Assembly: GCF_006345805.1 (NCBI RefSeq)
Contig: NC_042997.1
Location: 61,008,001-61,072,000 of the forward strand
DNA length: 64,000 bases
Source: Octopus sinensis
Taxonomy: Eukaryota
Direction: 5' to 3'
In this document: positions 51,104-64,000 of the stretch, in pieces
How the letters are laid out: each line of letters begins with the position of its first letter
Position numbering within the stretch: the stretch's first letter is position 1
Notes under the pieces: model-generated
What the model was told of the DNA's origin: nothing
What the model saw: only the letters and a program-made list of their open reading frames with translations
Databases searched by the model: none
Position numbers and translations under genes: made by a program

Positions 51104-51170
<67 letters not shown>

Positions 51171-51747
51171 TGTATGTATTTGCATGCTTGTGTGTGTATG
51201 TGCATGTGTGTCTGCCACAGCCTGACCCCCATGGAAGAAGTCATTTACGCTAAATACCATATAGGAAGATGGAACTCAAAACAATTTGATTGCAAAGTGA
51301 ATTTCTTAATCACATACATATGAGCTTTACTCTTTATTACTCTCTCGAACTTTGTATTTCTTACAGACAAATCTTATTCTGCTGGATTGCTTTATCCTGA
51401 TTAAGAACTTGGCGTTCAAGAAGTTGATCAGTCCAAACACTAATTCAGTGCTTTTCTATTCTCCACTTCTACTAGTATCTTCACACACACTCTCTAACTT
51501 ATAAAATGATAATGGTACATTGGGCTTCATTTCAAAACTAGGAGGAATGGCACGAGAGTTGGTGTGAGTCAGCTGAAGAGGTGGGAGAGGGAGAAAGAAG
51601 CTAACGTTGACAGAAGAACATTGAAACTGACAAGCAATGGTTAGGAGGAGGTAAAGAGGATAAAAGTTATGCAGTGATGGACGTTAAATACATGACACAA
51701 GATTACCTACACACATTCTAAGCAATCTTCCCTTCATGAAAAATACA

Positions 51748-51784
<37 letters not shown>

Positions 51785-51871
51785 ACACAAATAGAAAGAT
51801 AAACTTGATAAGCAGTTGGCAGGTGGGGATAAGGAAACAGTGATACATGTGTTTGTGTGTGCATGTGTATA

Positions 51872-51902
<31 letters not shown>

Positions 51903-51952
51903 ATGTGTGTGTATGTATGCACATAGACACACACATATACACACACACTATA

Positions 51953-51997
<45 letters not shown>

Positions 51998-52456
51998 CCT
52001 CATTTCAATGTTTACTTTTCCTTGCTCACATGGTTGCAAGGAATTATTGAGTTGGCTTTTCTAAGACTGGATTTTTTGCTTTTGCCAACCCTCACTTGTC
52101 TCCAAGTAAAGTAATATTTCTCCACGGCAAGGCATGTTTACACAGAAGATTGGAAACAATGGACACTTCCTATATGATAGTGACACTTGATTACAACTAT
52201 CAAGCAATGTCAAGACAAGAAGAAAGTAAAACAGCTACACATCCATGCACCACATACATATACATGATAAGATTTTTTAAGTTTCCATCTTCCAAATCTA
52301 GGAGTTATAGTAGAAGACACTTGCTTGGGATACCACACAGTGGAAATGAACTTGGAACTGTGTGGTTGGGAAGCCAGTGTGGAAGACAGGCATTAAATAA
52401 TGTTGCTGCCATTGATGATGATACATATATGCATTCATACATATATACATACAAAC

Positions 52457-52487
<31 letters not shown>

Positions 52488-52892
52488 TGTATGTATGTAT
52501 ATATGCATGCATGCATGGTGTGTGTGTGTCCTTAGAACTCTTAGATGCAAAGCATAGCTCTCTACCTTGAACATTTCAAGTTATGCTTCATTTTTGTTTG
52601 CTTAATTTTCTTTCATCAACGGGATGTGAAACTAGAAACTATAATTATAAATAAATAAATTCAACATAAGAAAAAGGATTTCATTATAGATACCTAACCT
52701 TTATGTGTGTGTGTGTGAAGATATCTATTTTTATAACTGAGTTGATCACATGCTGTAATCATTATTGTCAACAGTTCTCTTGAATTCTTCCTCTTCTTAC
52801 CTCATATTATGAACCCGATATGTTTCATCTTCCAAAATACATTATTAGAACAGAGTGGGTGCTAAATATTACTAACATACTGATAATATTCT

Positions 52893-53105
52893 TTTCTACT
52901 CTAGGCACAAGACCCAAAATTTTTGGTGAGTGGGCCAGTCGGTTAGATCAATCCCCATATGCAACTGGTACTTAATTTATCGGCCCCAAAAGGATGAAAG
53001 ACAAGGTCGACCTCGGTGGAATTTGAACTCAGAACATAAAGACAGATGAAATACTGCTAAACATTTAGCCCAGCTTGCTAATGTCTCTGCCAGCTCACTG
53101 CTTTA
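52893..53105 (-). mobile_element. SINE family A
   Basis: ctaggcacaagacccaaaat...gtcgacctcggtggaatttgaactcagaac...ctgccagctcactg. Confidence 0.85.
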
Positions 53106-53619
53106 TATACTAATATATTAAATAACAACCAATTATAAGGAGCTACAACACTGTTATGTGAAATGGAAATTGACAATTAACTGTCATTGTAATTAGAACT
53201 GCTCCTTCTGGTGTAAATACTATCAAGAAAGGTATGTACATCCAGTTTCAGCATTATCAGAAGTTCTTCAGGTTTTCAGTGCATGTAGCAATCACAAAAT
53301 TGTTTTTGTTTTCACAGTAAAACTTATTTTGTTATTATTCACTCTCTTATTACATTATTGACCTTTGTTATTACCATTATTTGCTTTTCCTTTCATTGGA
53401 TTCAGCCAGAGGCTGTAGCTATGCTGGGGTACAGCCATTAAAAAGTCACTTAAGGTTCTATTGAGTTAATACAAATATCATGAATAACGAGTATATTCTG
53501 GAGATAGCATTCACACCAGAAAGTAATATCTCTGAACAAAAATAGTTCCCATGATTAGATAAGACAAATCATTAACTTGCCTGATTGATGTGTTATTATG
53601 ATAAAAGACAGTATGGCAA

Positions 53620-54020
53620 GTACATTGTTAAATGTGGTACACTGTGTACAGTGTGACATCTTGAGTAAGTGTTGTCTACTATAACCTTGGACTAACCAAA
53701 GCCCTGTGAGTGGATTTGGTAGATAGAACCTAAAAGAAGCCTGTCATATATGTATACATATGTATCTATGTGTGTTTGTGCAACTGTGATATCTTTTGCC
53801 TTGACATTACATGGTGGTTATAAAAGAGCATCACTTCCATGTTAGCAATGTTGTTCATTTCTAATCTTCTGTAAAAAAATATGTCTAGCCACTCACAAGG
53901 CTTGGAAACAGAGTTGACAACAGGAAAGGCATCCAGCCGTAGAAAAAATTGCTTCAACAAATTCCATCTGATGCATGGAAGCATGGAAAAGTTGAACATT
54001 AAACAATGAGGATACTGATG
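53620..54020 (+). mobile_element. SINE family C with RTE-type tail (diverged)
   Basis: gtgagtggatttggtagatag...ggcatccagccgtag...catggaaaagttgaacattaaac. Confidence 0.65.
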
Positions 54021-54971
54021 AGGATGGGCTTTGATGAAAATTAATTTGAAAATAATCACTGACAGCTTTGGAAGGATTCCAAATCCATTAGAATAACTTG
54101 CATTTAACATGAATATGTATGTACAGAAACACATACATACACACACACACAGAAATATACATTCTTACAAATTTTACGCATTACCCGATACTCATAACAT
54201 AAAGACTTAGAAGTTACAAGCACTCTAGATACAAAACTCAAAGGGAAGACTCATTTATAGCTCTCAGCTAGCATTTCATAGTACTTGCATGATATATTGC
54301 TTGAAAATAATCCTTGGTATTAAGTGAGAGACACTAAAAATATTGGTTATATTCCTGTGAGAAGAGGGAGAGAGAGAGGCGGGTAAGTTGATTCTCATTG
54401 ATCGAGAAGGATCATATGGTCAAATATATGGAAATACTGAAATGCTGTTATTGCTAGTCACACTCTTATCATCTAGGGACAGCTATTCTGCTACACTTGT
54501 TGAATGTATTGGTCGAGTGTTAAATAAGAAGGCTGAGAATTTTCAGACGTATGGAAGCTGTCTAGAATGAAGTTCCTCTACTGTCAAAAATCAGATAATA
54601 TCACAGATAACTGGTAAGATGATAATACTGAGTATTTTAGTTGTGTTATACACTGAATTATGATGAAGCTTTAACAACAATATTCCAGTACATGTTTGTC
54701 TACTCCAAGCTTCATTCCAGATTCAACTGTCCACGATTGTTCATGAAAGTTATTAACAACTCAGAGCAGACTATGAAATTTTGATATAATATACATATCT
54801 ATCCACTCTACACTATGTACTGAGATCTGTATCAGATAATATTTGCACTGTGTAAAGTATATTTGAATATACCTTGTAACTCATTATATATGAAAGAGAG
54901 AAAGAGAGCATGCATACATACATACATGCATACATACATACATACATACATACATACATGCATGCATGCAT

Positions 54972-55006
<35 letters not shown>

Positions 55007-55053
55007 ACACACATACACACATACACACATACATACATACATACATACATACA

Positions 55054-55083
<30 letters not shown>

Positions 55084-55085
<2 letters not shown>

Positions 55086-55954
55086 AGGTGTCCCCAAATT
55101 AAGGCTACTGAAGTTTCAGGCTTTAATAACTATCAATAAATGTGATAAGATATGAAAATTATACATCATTATAAAAGCTTAGCATGTCTTCTTTTTGTTT
55201 CAGACTAAATAAATTCAGTTTTACACATTAGATAATGGCTATAGACCGAAATACAATCATAACCCTCCACAAAGGAGGTGAAAGTAATACAGCTATAGTG
55301 AAAAAGCTTAAAATGAATTGAACAGCAGTCTGGAAAATTGTCAAGAAATTTCAAGAGACTGGTTCCACTGCTGATCAACCTGGAGGTGGCTGAAAAAGAA
55401 GTGTGCAGACTCCTCAGCTTATCAAAAGTTCCAGAGAAAAGATACAGTGAAATATCTGTTGTTCCATTAGAAAACTGGCTGCCACAGCAAAACTAAATCG
55501 AAAATTGATGTATTGAGTGCTGAAAGAAGATCTCAGGACCCAACCTTTCAAGATGATCCACTGTCATGAGCTCATGCAAGTTTATAAGGCCATGAAAATG
55601 GAGAGAAGTCGTCTTATCCTGCGTCAGATTGCTGAAGGCACACTGCCCAACCTGGTGTTCACTGGTGAAAAGAAATTTGACATCAAACAGACAGTAAACT
55701 ACCAAAATGACTGACATTGGAATGTATCTGGCTCCATCAAGGGTAGACTTGTAAATCAACATAAAGATCCAGTCAGTTATGTTTTAGGTAGTAGCTGCGA
55801 CAGCCACTGGCAGAGTGAATTGCATCATGGTGCTGTTTTTCTCAAATACAGAGCCCAGCTGACCCTACTATACTGTGTAGTTGGCAAAATCAAAAACAAA
55901 CTATGTGCATGCGGAGAATTAAAAATATAAAATGGAGACAATTTTCACATCGCA

Positions 55955-55955
<1 letters not shown>
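55084..55955 (+). mobile_element. Tc1/mariner (maT/DD37D-like) relic, internally deleted
   Basis: MAIDRNTIITLHKGGES...VWKIVKKFQETGS...GGG...LVFTGEKKFDIKQTVNYQND with stops; the two ends do not match as TIRs. Confidence 0.7.
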
Positions 55956-56285
<330 letters not shown>

Positions 56286-56543
56286 AATCAGTCAAAGAAT
56301 AAAGAATTATATTCTTACATGACTATTTGCTTACATATGCTTCAAAAGGCTTGACCATATGTTTCAAAAGGTTTGTATATATATAATTGATCAATAAACT
56401 AATCAATTAATCAATTAATGGAACACACATGTATATATGTGTGTGTATCATATAGAAAGATATACATATATATAAATACATATAAATATATACACACATG
56501 CATAAATTTATACACACACACGTAAATGTGTGTATGTATATAA

Positions 56544-56619
<76 letters not shown>

Positions 56620-56622
<3 letters not shown>

Positions 56623-57722
56623 GGCTAAATGAATGCCCAGAAAATGACCAGCATGGAGGAGAAGGTTCTCAAAGCTTAAAGATCCTGCAAATGGACAGAG
56701 ATTCAGAGACATTTTACTCAAAGCCTTTGACGAAATAGAGGGGGATATAACATCACATGATGTGGAAGACAACTGGAGGTTTCTACAGGTCAACCTGCTG
56801 AGGGCCACTGACCAGATCTGTGGATGGTGCAAAGTCCCCTCTCAACCCAAGATAACATGGTGGTAGAACAATGTTGTTGACAGGGCCATTAGGGAAAAGA
56901 ATCAGGATTGGAAGGACTGAAAGAATGGTGGTAGCAGGGAATGGTACCAGACTGTCAGAAGGGAAGCTAGGAGACAGGTTTATTTAGCCAGAGAGGAAGC
57001 AGATAAGAAAAAATTTGCCAATGTTCTGCACCATGAGGACCAAAGATTTGAGGTATTTTGTGTTGCAAGACAGTGTGTGAGAGAGAATTGTGATGTTGTA
57101 GGAGAGAAATGTGTCCGCATGGATGATGGTTCACTTGCATTAAACGAGGCTGCAAAGAGAGAGGTATGGAGACTATGAAAGGTTACTAAATAAAGAGAAT
57201 GAATGGGAGAAAGAGAGCCTGCCAAATGCTGACCCAACAGAGGGACCAGCTATCCAAATTGATAGTGCCTTGGTAGATAAAGCAATTAAGGGGATAAAGA
57301 CAGGGAAAGGCCCTGGCCCATCAGGAATCACTGCAGAGATGCTCAAAATATCTGGCAGTGTCGGCTATGACCTAGTCACCTGTACAGTCAACCAGGTGAT
57401 ACATGAAGGAGTCATACCCAATGACTGGTGTAGCAGCACCATAGTCAACCGCTACAAAGGTAAAGGTGATGCATTAGATACAAATAATAACAGAGGTATC
57501 AAGCTGTTGGATCAGGTAATGGAAGTCATGGAGAGGGTTGTAGCCCTACTAATTAGGGAGAGGGTCAGTCTAGATGAGATGCAGTTTGGGTTTGTGCCGA
57601 GGAAAAGCACCACTGATGCTATATTTCTGATAAGACGGCTGCAGGAGAAATACCTAGCCAAAGATAAACCCCTGTACCTGGCTTTCGTTGACATGGAGAA
57701 AGCCTTTGACAGGGTCCCCGAT
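56620..57722 (+). mobile_element. RTE LINE internal fragment (pre-RT and N-terminal RT)
   Basis: KTGKGPGPSGITAEMLK...RGIKLLDQVM...QFGFVPRKSTTDAIF...AFVDMEKAFDRVP; truncated at both ends. Confidence 0.92.
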
Positions 57723-57759
57723 CCTGGATGATTCTTTCCTATTTCAGAACAGAAATAAG

Positions 57760-58240
57760 GAAGATCTTAAAAGATTTCAAAAATCAATAGCATTCATAAA
57801 TTGATCAAATTCACAATAGAAATAAATGAAAGGACATTTCCTTGTCTGAACATTTTGATAATTAAAGACAATGTGATTGTTACACTGATCTTTACAGCAA
57901 AGACACATATACACAACACTGCTTAACCTTTAGATCCTGCAAATGACCCCATACTAAAAGGAAAAGAAAAACCATTTAAAATACCAAGGTGTATATGTGC
58001 AATACAGAGACTTATCTACATGAGAAATGTTACTAGAAGGACTATAAAATCTCTCTCCAGAAACAAAAGTTATGAAAAAGAAAAAAAAACCCAAATAAAT
58101 AAGGCCATAATTAAAGCAAAATAAATCTCAATCTCTGACTTATGAAGAAACTCTAAGAATGAGAAAGAAGACACAAAAGGATTACAGTTGCAGTCACCCA
58201 ATATCACAGAAACCACAACAAAAATTGAAGATAGTACAGT
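57760..58240 (+). mobile_element. Decayed Penelope-like RT C-terminal fragment
   Basis: INSIHKLIKFTIE...FPCLNILI / TDLYSKDTYTQHCLTFRSC matches the PLE thumb pattern (IKFT.E, FLD, YRKPT, S.HP). Confidence 0.65.
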
Positions 58241-58505
58241 GATAAATCAGGAAGTGTGGATGGGCAAAAGCTACAAAGATGTTAGAGTGATGGTTAGAAA
58301 TATGTCAGGGGTGACTTTCATGAATGATGGATAAAGGCAGAGAGGTGGAGAAAGGAGATAATAATGGGAAGATGTCAGTAAAAGTAGCTCAGGGAAGAGA
58401 AGTTAATGATTGTTAGTACAGAAACAGTGAGGTGCAGCAGAATAATAAAACTAAAAATAAGAAAATGATGAAAGATAAATGATGGGAGAGTGTGGTAAAG
58501 TTGCA

Positions 58506-58556
<51 letters not shown>

Positions 58557-58869
58557 GATAGATATATAGTAATTGGGTTGGAAGAGTTCATAAATATGTC
58601 AGGGTGAGTATAGTATGGGGAAAAAAGGTGCGAGACAGTTGGGAGTGGATATGAAATGGTATAGTCATGTATGAGTGTCAATAGGATGTCCCCACCATAC
58701 ACACGCAAGCATGTATCTGACTCATACACTGTTTACTTCCCAGACATTTGTACATTACTGCATATGCTTTATACGTACTTTTGACAAGTGTTGCACCTGA
58801 GCACTGTATACAATAATTTCATTATTATTATTATTATTTTAATTCAAGGGAGAGAAAGCTATAACACAG

Positions 58870-60240
58870 AGAAGGTGATTTATGGAAGATTGAGGTAGGA
58901 CAATGTTAAGAATGAGGAATGGGTGTCAAAAGGAAGTGGTTCCAGGGAGAAGGGAAGATAACATATCAAGCAAAGCCATTTCCCTGATAGAAGTAGAGTA
59001 CTGTTTATTTTCCTATATACTAAAACTTTGGTCTTTTCTAATCTAACTTTGAGGTTCTTTGATTTCAGAATTCCAATTTTCATTCTACTTGAGATTCAGC
59101 TATAGGAACAAGATCATCAACATATAAGAGTTCCTATGGGTATCCAGTTTTAAACTTCTCTATTATGGTTTGGAGGACTAAGATAAGTAGAAGAGGACTG
59201 AGAACCAACACCTGGTGGATCCCTATACAATGAATTCCTTATAGTCCTTGTTGCTCTCACTTTGCTAACAACTCCTCTGAACATGGTTTGTATGGCTCTC
59301 TCACAAGCCATTTGTCTACTTCTAGCTTCCTTAGGGAGTATCAGATCACAGACAGAGGAACAATGTCTAAAGTTTTCTACAGTAAAGCAGCTTACTTTTC
59401 ACTAAATACTTATCTAGTTGTTATCTCATTAGGAAGCGAGTATCAGTAGTATTTCTCCCACACAGAAAAAGCTAACTGCATCTCATGTGGGCTAATTCTC
59501 TTCCTAATTAACTGAACTATAACATTTTTGTAACTTTCATGACCTGTCCGAGAATTTGATACATCTGTAATTACCTCTCCCTAAGGCATCTTCTTTATTT
59601 CTGTACCCTAATAACACTTGACTATAATGTTGCTATAACTGTCAATGAATATAATACATCCTCATCGATTAAATAAGTGACTAAACAGTATCAAACTCCA
59701 GATATTTTAAGCTTCTCAGCAGTAATTCCTAACAGACCAGGGGTTTTCTACTCCTTCAGAATGACTGGTCTCTCTATTGAGTATTCACCAGGAAGACACT
59801 CTTTTTCCCATGCATTCTCAACATTCAATAACCTTTCACTGTTGCACTTCCACATCTCTATTCTTTCAGTATCATCAATTGCAAGGTTGCTATTCTTCTC
59901 TCTAGCAACTCAGTTCTTTCTGATATGTAGCCTTGTAAACTGGAACACCTCACATCACTGAAGCTCATATTATAAAACATTGGTAAACCTCATACATTCT
60001 ACTTCATCCCTTGCTAACTAAAACCGTTGCAGGACATCATTTCTAGCAATCTGATAGAATTTTCTGCTGCACTAAATTTTCCAGTTGCTCAAAAGCTTTG
60101 AACAATTGGAAAATTCTCCTTTTATGGAGCTAGCAATATATGTCTTCTATCAGCACACTACCCTTAGGAGGATTGAAAATATGCATGAGACACATTTGGT
60201 ACACAGAACACAATAGGTTGTTTAGTACAAACTTCTAGTT
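58870..60240 (-). mobile_element. Old decayed RTE
   Basis: Residual LKVRLEKTKVLV, GKWLCLIC and endonuclease-region similarity to 14128-16590. Confidence 0.55.
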
Positions 60241-60331
60241 ATTCTCAGTGCTATATGCCTCTACTTTTTCTGCTTTCTCGTCAAATGCTTCAAATGATAC
60301 TCACACACACATATGTATATATATATATATA

Positions 60332-61920
60332 TACTAGCATTATGACCCAGTGTTGCCAGGTCATAGTGCTAGTGCATGTAGATATGTGTACATATTACAT
60401 GTACATCTATATATGTACACCTACACATAAAATACAAAATACAAAGTTATATCTTGATATCGCTAGTGATAACAATACTCAAAATATATAACAGACTGGA
60501 GTTGTAGGCCCGTCTCTTGCAATTTCGATCAATTGTATCTTGGCCTCCCTCTTGTATAGAAGTGTGGCTACAATCCAGCCTACCTCTACTTTTGGGGGGA
60601 CATTTTTAATTTTTATTCGGGACGTCCTACGTCCCAGATATAAAGGCAAAAATAAAATATTTCCACTTTGCAAGGTTCGAGTCGAGTACTCCCTTGCATG
60701 CCCCGTTGACTCAAACCTTGCTTCTATTGTGGTGAATTTACTGCCTCTGGTTAGATACTTGATATCTTTCATAGTCGCACCAAGACACTTTTCAATGGTG
60801 CTTTCCTGCAGGTGTTCCAATCTTTTTTTTTTCTCTACATTGTATACTTTATAGATAATAGTCTTTTCTTTAATTTTATTTTTTATTTCGTTTGGTGGTG
60901 TTATCCTAGATTCCCCATCTTTGTCAGTGATCAATCCGAAATAGGCTTGTATTTCTTCTATTTTAATTTTAATGAGTTTGCGCCCACTGACGGCTGCAGT
61001 GAAATTCATTTTTGGACCTTCTTCTATCAAAGACATTTTAACAAAAATGCTTCCATATAAACGGTGAAAATATTGTCAATTTCCCCAAACAGGGACACAA
61101 TTCAATTTTTAAACAATAACCAAAGCTCCTTCTCCCAAAGGGGGAGGGTTACAGTTTACAATTATTTAACAAATGCAACACAACAACGCTTCCCTTACGA
61201 GGAACCAACAAACCCGATAACAATAGTTAAACAGTAATAATAATAACAACAAACCTTACGGTGAATCAAAAAGTAGTACTCAGTTGAAGCTATAGTCCTT
61301 TATGGATCAGAAATAAACCAACAGCAGTACTCAGTAGAAGCGGCTGTTCGAGAAAACAGACATTACATACAGCCAAACTTCATATAGATACTTAATGCTA
61401 GCTAATTAGCAGATAATCTAATGTAAAAGCCGTGGTAAAGGGTATGTGCACAGCTCCATCTGGACTATTCCATTTCTGCACTTAAATTTTATTTTTTATT
61501 TATTCCCATTCATGTGAAGCCACTTATTCAAGTTCAAGTCATTGATGCAATTTTATACCAATTGCTATTTTTACTTTTAATTGTTATGTTACGATTTAAT
61601 TATTATATTATACTTTAGTTTGATTTTAATTATTACTTACTACATATAATTCAATTGCTATTATTATCTCTATTTTTTATTGTTAAAGTGAAAGTATCTG
61701 ACATAAACTAGAGAGATGTTTTTCTTTCACTTTTAACACGTAATACTGAAATAGTGGAGAAGATATGATACTGCTATGGGCTCATCCTAGGCAAGAAGTT
61801 GAACATTTTTTTGCCCATGAAACTACATGGACCCTAAGTAAGGCATATGTAAAATTTGAATGAAATTGGTTGTGTAGTTCTCAAGTTTTAGGGAAACACA
61901 CAGACAGACACACATTCTCA

Positions 61921-61950
<30 letters not shown>
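60332..61950 (+). mobile_element. Helitron-related (HINE/DINE-like) element
   Basis: 5' hairpin actagcattatgacc/ggtcatagtgctagt 60333-60373; 3' ...aaatttgaatgaaattggttgtg...cacacagacagacacacattctcagtttta(ta)n. Confidence 0.55.
60490..61480 (-). mobile_element. 5' UTR plus N-terminal ORF1 of an L1/Tx1-like LINE
   Basis: Intact 180-codon frame 60479-61036 (...LPLYLGRRTSRIKIKNVPPKVEVGW...) resembling RRM-type ORF1p, cut off at its 3' side. Confidence 0.5.
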
Positions 61951-61952
<2 letters not shown>

Positions 61953-62321
61953 ACATACACATATATACAAATATTTTCTGCTTTTATGATGACTATATTT
62001 ATACATATCTATAGATATGTAAATGTAAACACACACACACACACACACACATATATGCATGCATATATACATATGTATATATGCATACATACACACATGT
62101 ATATCACACATAAGTGTATGTGATGCACAAGCCACATACACATATACAGTGATGTCTCCATACATGGACATTATCTGTTCCAGTATCCTGTCTGTTAACT
62201 AAATTGTTTGCTACATGAGTAAATGGATTAAATACAAAGGTAATCTGTTCTAAGCCACACACAGATTCCACATAAAGGAACCAAATAATGTTTTATTTGT
62301 CCATCTATCAACATCAAATAC

Positions 62322-62533
62322 ATAAATATATGTGCTGAAAAGTTCCTGGCTTTCAAGGAAATCACGAAAGGCCTGGTTAGCAGCTCAACCTTTTGAGTTC
62401 TTTTACATGGCTTAAGGAAAAATGAAGAACTACTGCAATCTGAGAAGGGAATATGTTGAATATAATCATAATTAACAGATCTTCCTATATCTTCTTTTAC
62501 CCAAAGCCAGGAACTTTTCAGCACTTACTCGTA
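62322..62533. mobile_element. Mariner-derived MITE
   Basis: 22-bp TIR core gtgctgaaaagttcctggcttt 62332-62353 / aaagccaggaacttttcagcac 62503-62524, ends ctcgTA. Confidence 0.85.
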
Positions 62534-63051
62534 TATACTGTGTGTGTTGTGTGTGTGTGTGTGTGTGTGTGAGTGTGAGTGTGTGCGTGCATGTGTATGT
62601 GTGTGTATGTGCACGTGCATGTAAGTGTGAGTTCTTTTCCCTTTGTCTTGCATCTGTTTATGCATAATGAAATACATACATGTATTCTAACAAACCATTT
62701 TGAACACACTCCCCGAGACACTTATATGTATGTTTAGTTTACTTGTGGTTTGTTGTTCCAATTTTAGCCCATTTGCTGAATATAATTTCCTTCTAAAAAC
62801 CTGTTTGCTATACAGTTTATTCATTTAGTATACCATTGTGTCATCTCCTCACAATTTGTTGTTCAAATTTTAGTTCATTAAGTGAATAGGTTCTCAGTCA
62901 CTTATACATGTGCATAGTCAGCTCATGGTCCTTTGATCAAATTTCAGCTCATTATGTGAGTTTAATTTTCTTCAGAAAAACCAGGCATTACCCAATTTGT
63001 TCATTTAGCAAACTGTTTATATCTGGACATGGATACCCTGCTGTATGTATA

Positions 63052-63443
63052 TACAGGGTAGCCCAAAAGTAGGTTTACAGTTATCACAGTGGCACTTTAA
63101 ATTTCTTTTAAAACATTTTATTACATTTAAAGGAACATTCTAATGAAGTTGAACATCTTATCTAGTCACCACATTTCCTAGATCTCAATATTATTGAATA
63201 TTTACGGTGCATTGTAGAAAACAAGTAAGGATTCGATATCCTCCACCATCATCACTACAAGAACTGAAGACTGTTTTAGCTAAAGAATGGACAAAAATTC
63301 CTTTGGAAACAATTCAAACTTTGTACAAGTCCATACCTCATAGAATTCAAGCTGTAATTACTACCAAAGGCAGTCCTACTCTGTATTAACATAAATTTGT
63401 TAGAAATTTTAATGCGTTTCCATTATTTTATTCAACCCCTGTA
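63052..63443 (+). mobile_element. Tc1 relic (3' part)
   Basis: DLNIIEY...SLQELKTVLAKEWTKIP...SIPHRIQAVITTKGSPTLY; tacaggg...cccctgta ends. Confidence 0.8.
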
Positions 63444-63628
63444 TACACACACACATATAATGTATACACATTTATATATAAGCAAGTGTGTGTGTATATA
63501 TATATATATACACACACACACATACACACATATATATAATGCATATACATTTGTATATAAGCAAGTGTGTGTATATATATATATGTAGGTGTATATGTTT
63601 ATATATATATATTTCCGTATATATATGT

Positions 63629-63972
63629 GAAGGCGCATGGCTCAGTGGTTAGAGCGTCGAGCTTACGATCGTGAGGTTCTGAGCTCGAATCCCGGTCCGG
63701 GCTGCGTGTTGTGTTCTTGAGCAAAGCACTTTATTTTCACGTTGCTCCAGTTCACTCAGCTGTAGAAATGAGTTGCGACGTCACTGGTGCCAAGCTGTAT
63801 CGACCTTTGTCTTATCCCTTGGATAACACTGGTGGCGTGGAGAGGGGAGGCTGGTATGCATGGGCGACTTCTGGTCTTCCATAAACAACCTTGCCCGGAC
63901 TTGTGTCTAGGAGGGTAACTTTCTAGGTGCAATCCCATGGTCATTCATGACCGAAGGGGGTCTTTACCCTTT
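63629..63972 (+). mobile_element. Young tRNA-derived SINE with CORE-like central domain
   Basis: A box tggctcagtgg, B-box-like gctcgaatcc, gttgtgttcttgagcaaagcacttt...cagctgtagaaatg; CpG-rich. Confidence 0.85.
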
Positions 63973-64000
63973 ATATTTCCGTAACCATATAGTGTAAATA

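Larger units (their letters stand above)
49411..51106 (+). mobile_element. 5'-truncated Penelope-like element with inverted 5' pseudo-LTR
   Basis: Inverted arms 49411-49782 / about 50639-51032 flank linker plus GIY-YIG coding region; (TA)n at both ends. Confidence 0.88.

Noticed and set aside
63629-63705. tRNA gene
   Set aside because: A/B boxes continue into SINE body; no acceptor stem or cloverleaf

Overview
AT-rich eukaryotic DNA dominated by microsatellites and transposons. The repeat content (RTE LINEs with (GAT)n tails, several tRNA-derived SINE families, mariner/Tc1 relics, DINE/HINE-type rolling-circle elements, Penelope-like elements) most resembles an Octopus genome; this is inference. 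No intact transposase or RT ORF, rRNA, true tRNA or CRISPR was found, and most ORF-track peptides are microsatellite or decayed-TE artefacts. The strongest unexplained structure is a cluster of Penelope-like element (PLE) ends in (TA)n tracts, most of them fold-backs. They carry about nine type I hammerhead ribozyme motifs of three architectures. One architecture has a long branched stem II and a palindromic CAATTG stem III; it occurs in mirror copies with a pairing-preserving double change in stem I. Also present: a phase-compatible chain of small + strand exon candidates from an unidentified host gene, a recursive-splice-like AG|GTAAGT site, an RTE with an in-frame RT deletion and a PHD finger, a LINE 5' end inside a Helitron-like element, and a near-identical 1.5 kb tandem duplication. 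All coordinates were read by hand; boundaries of degenerate elements are approximate.
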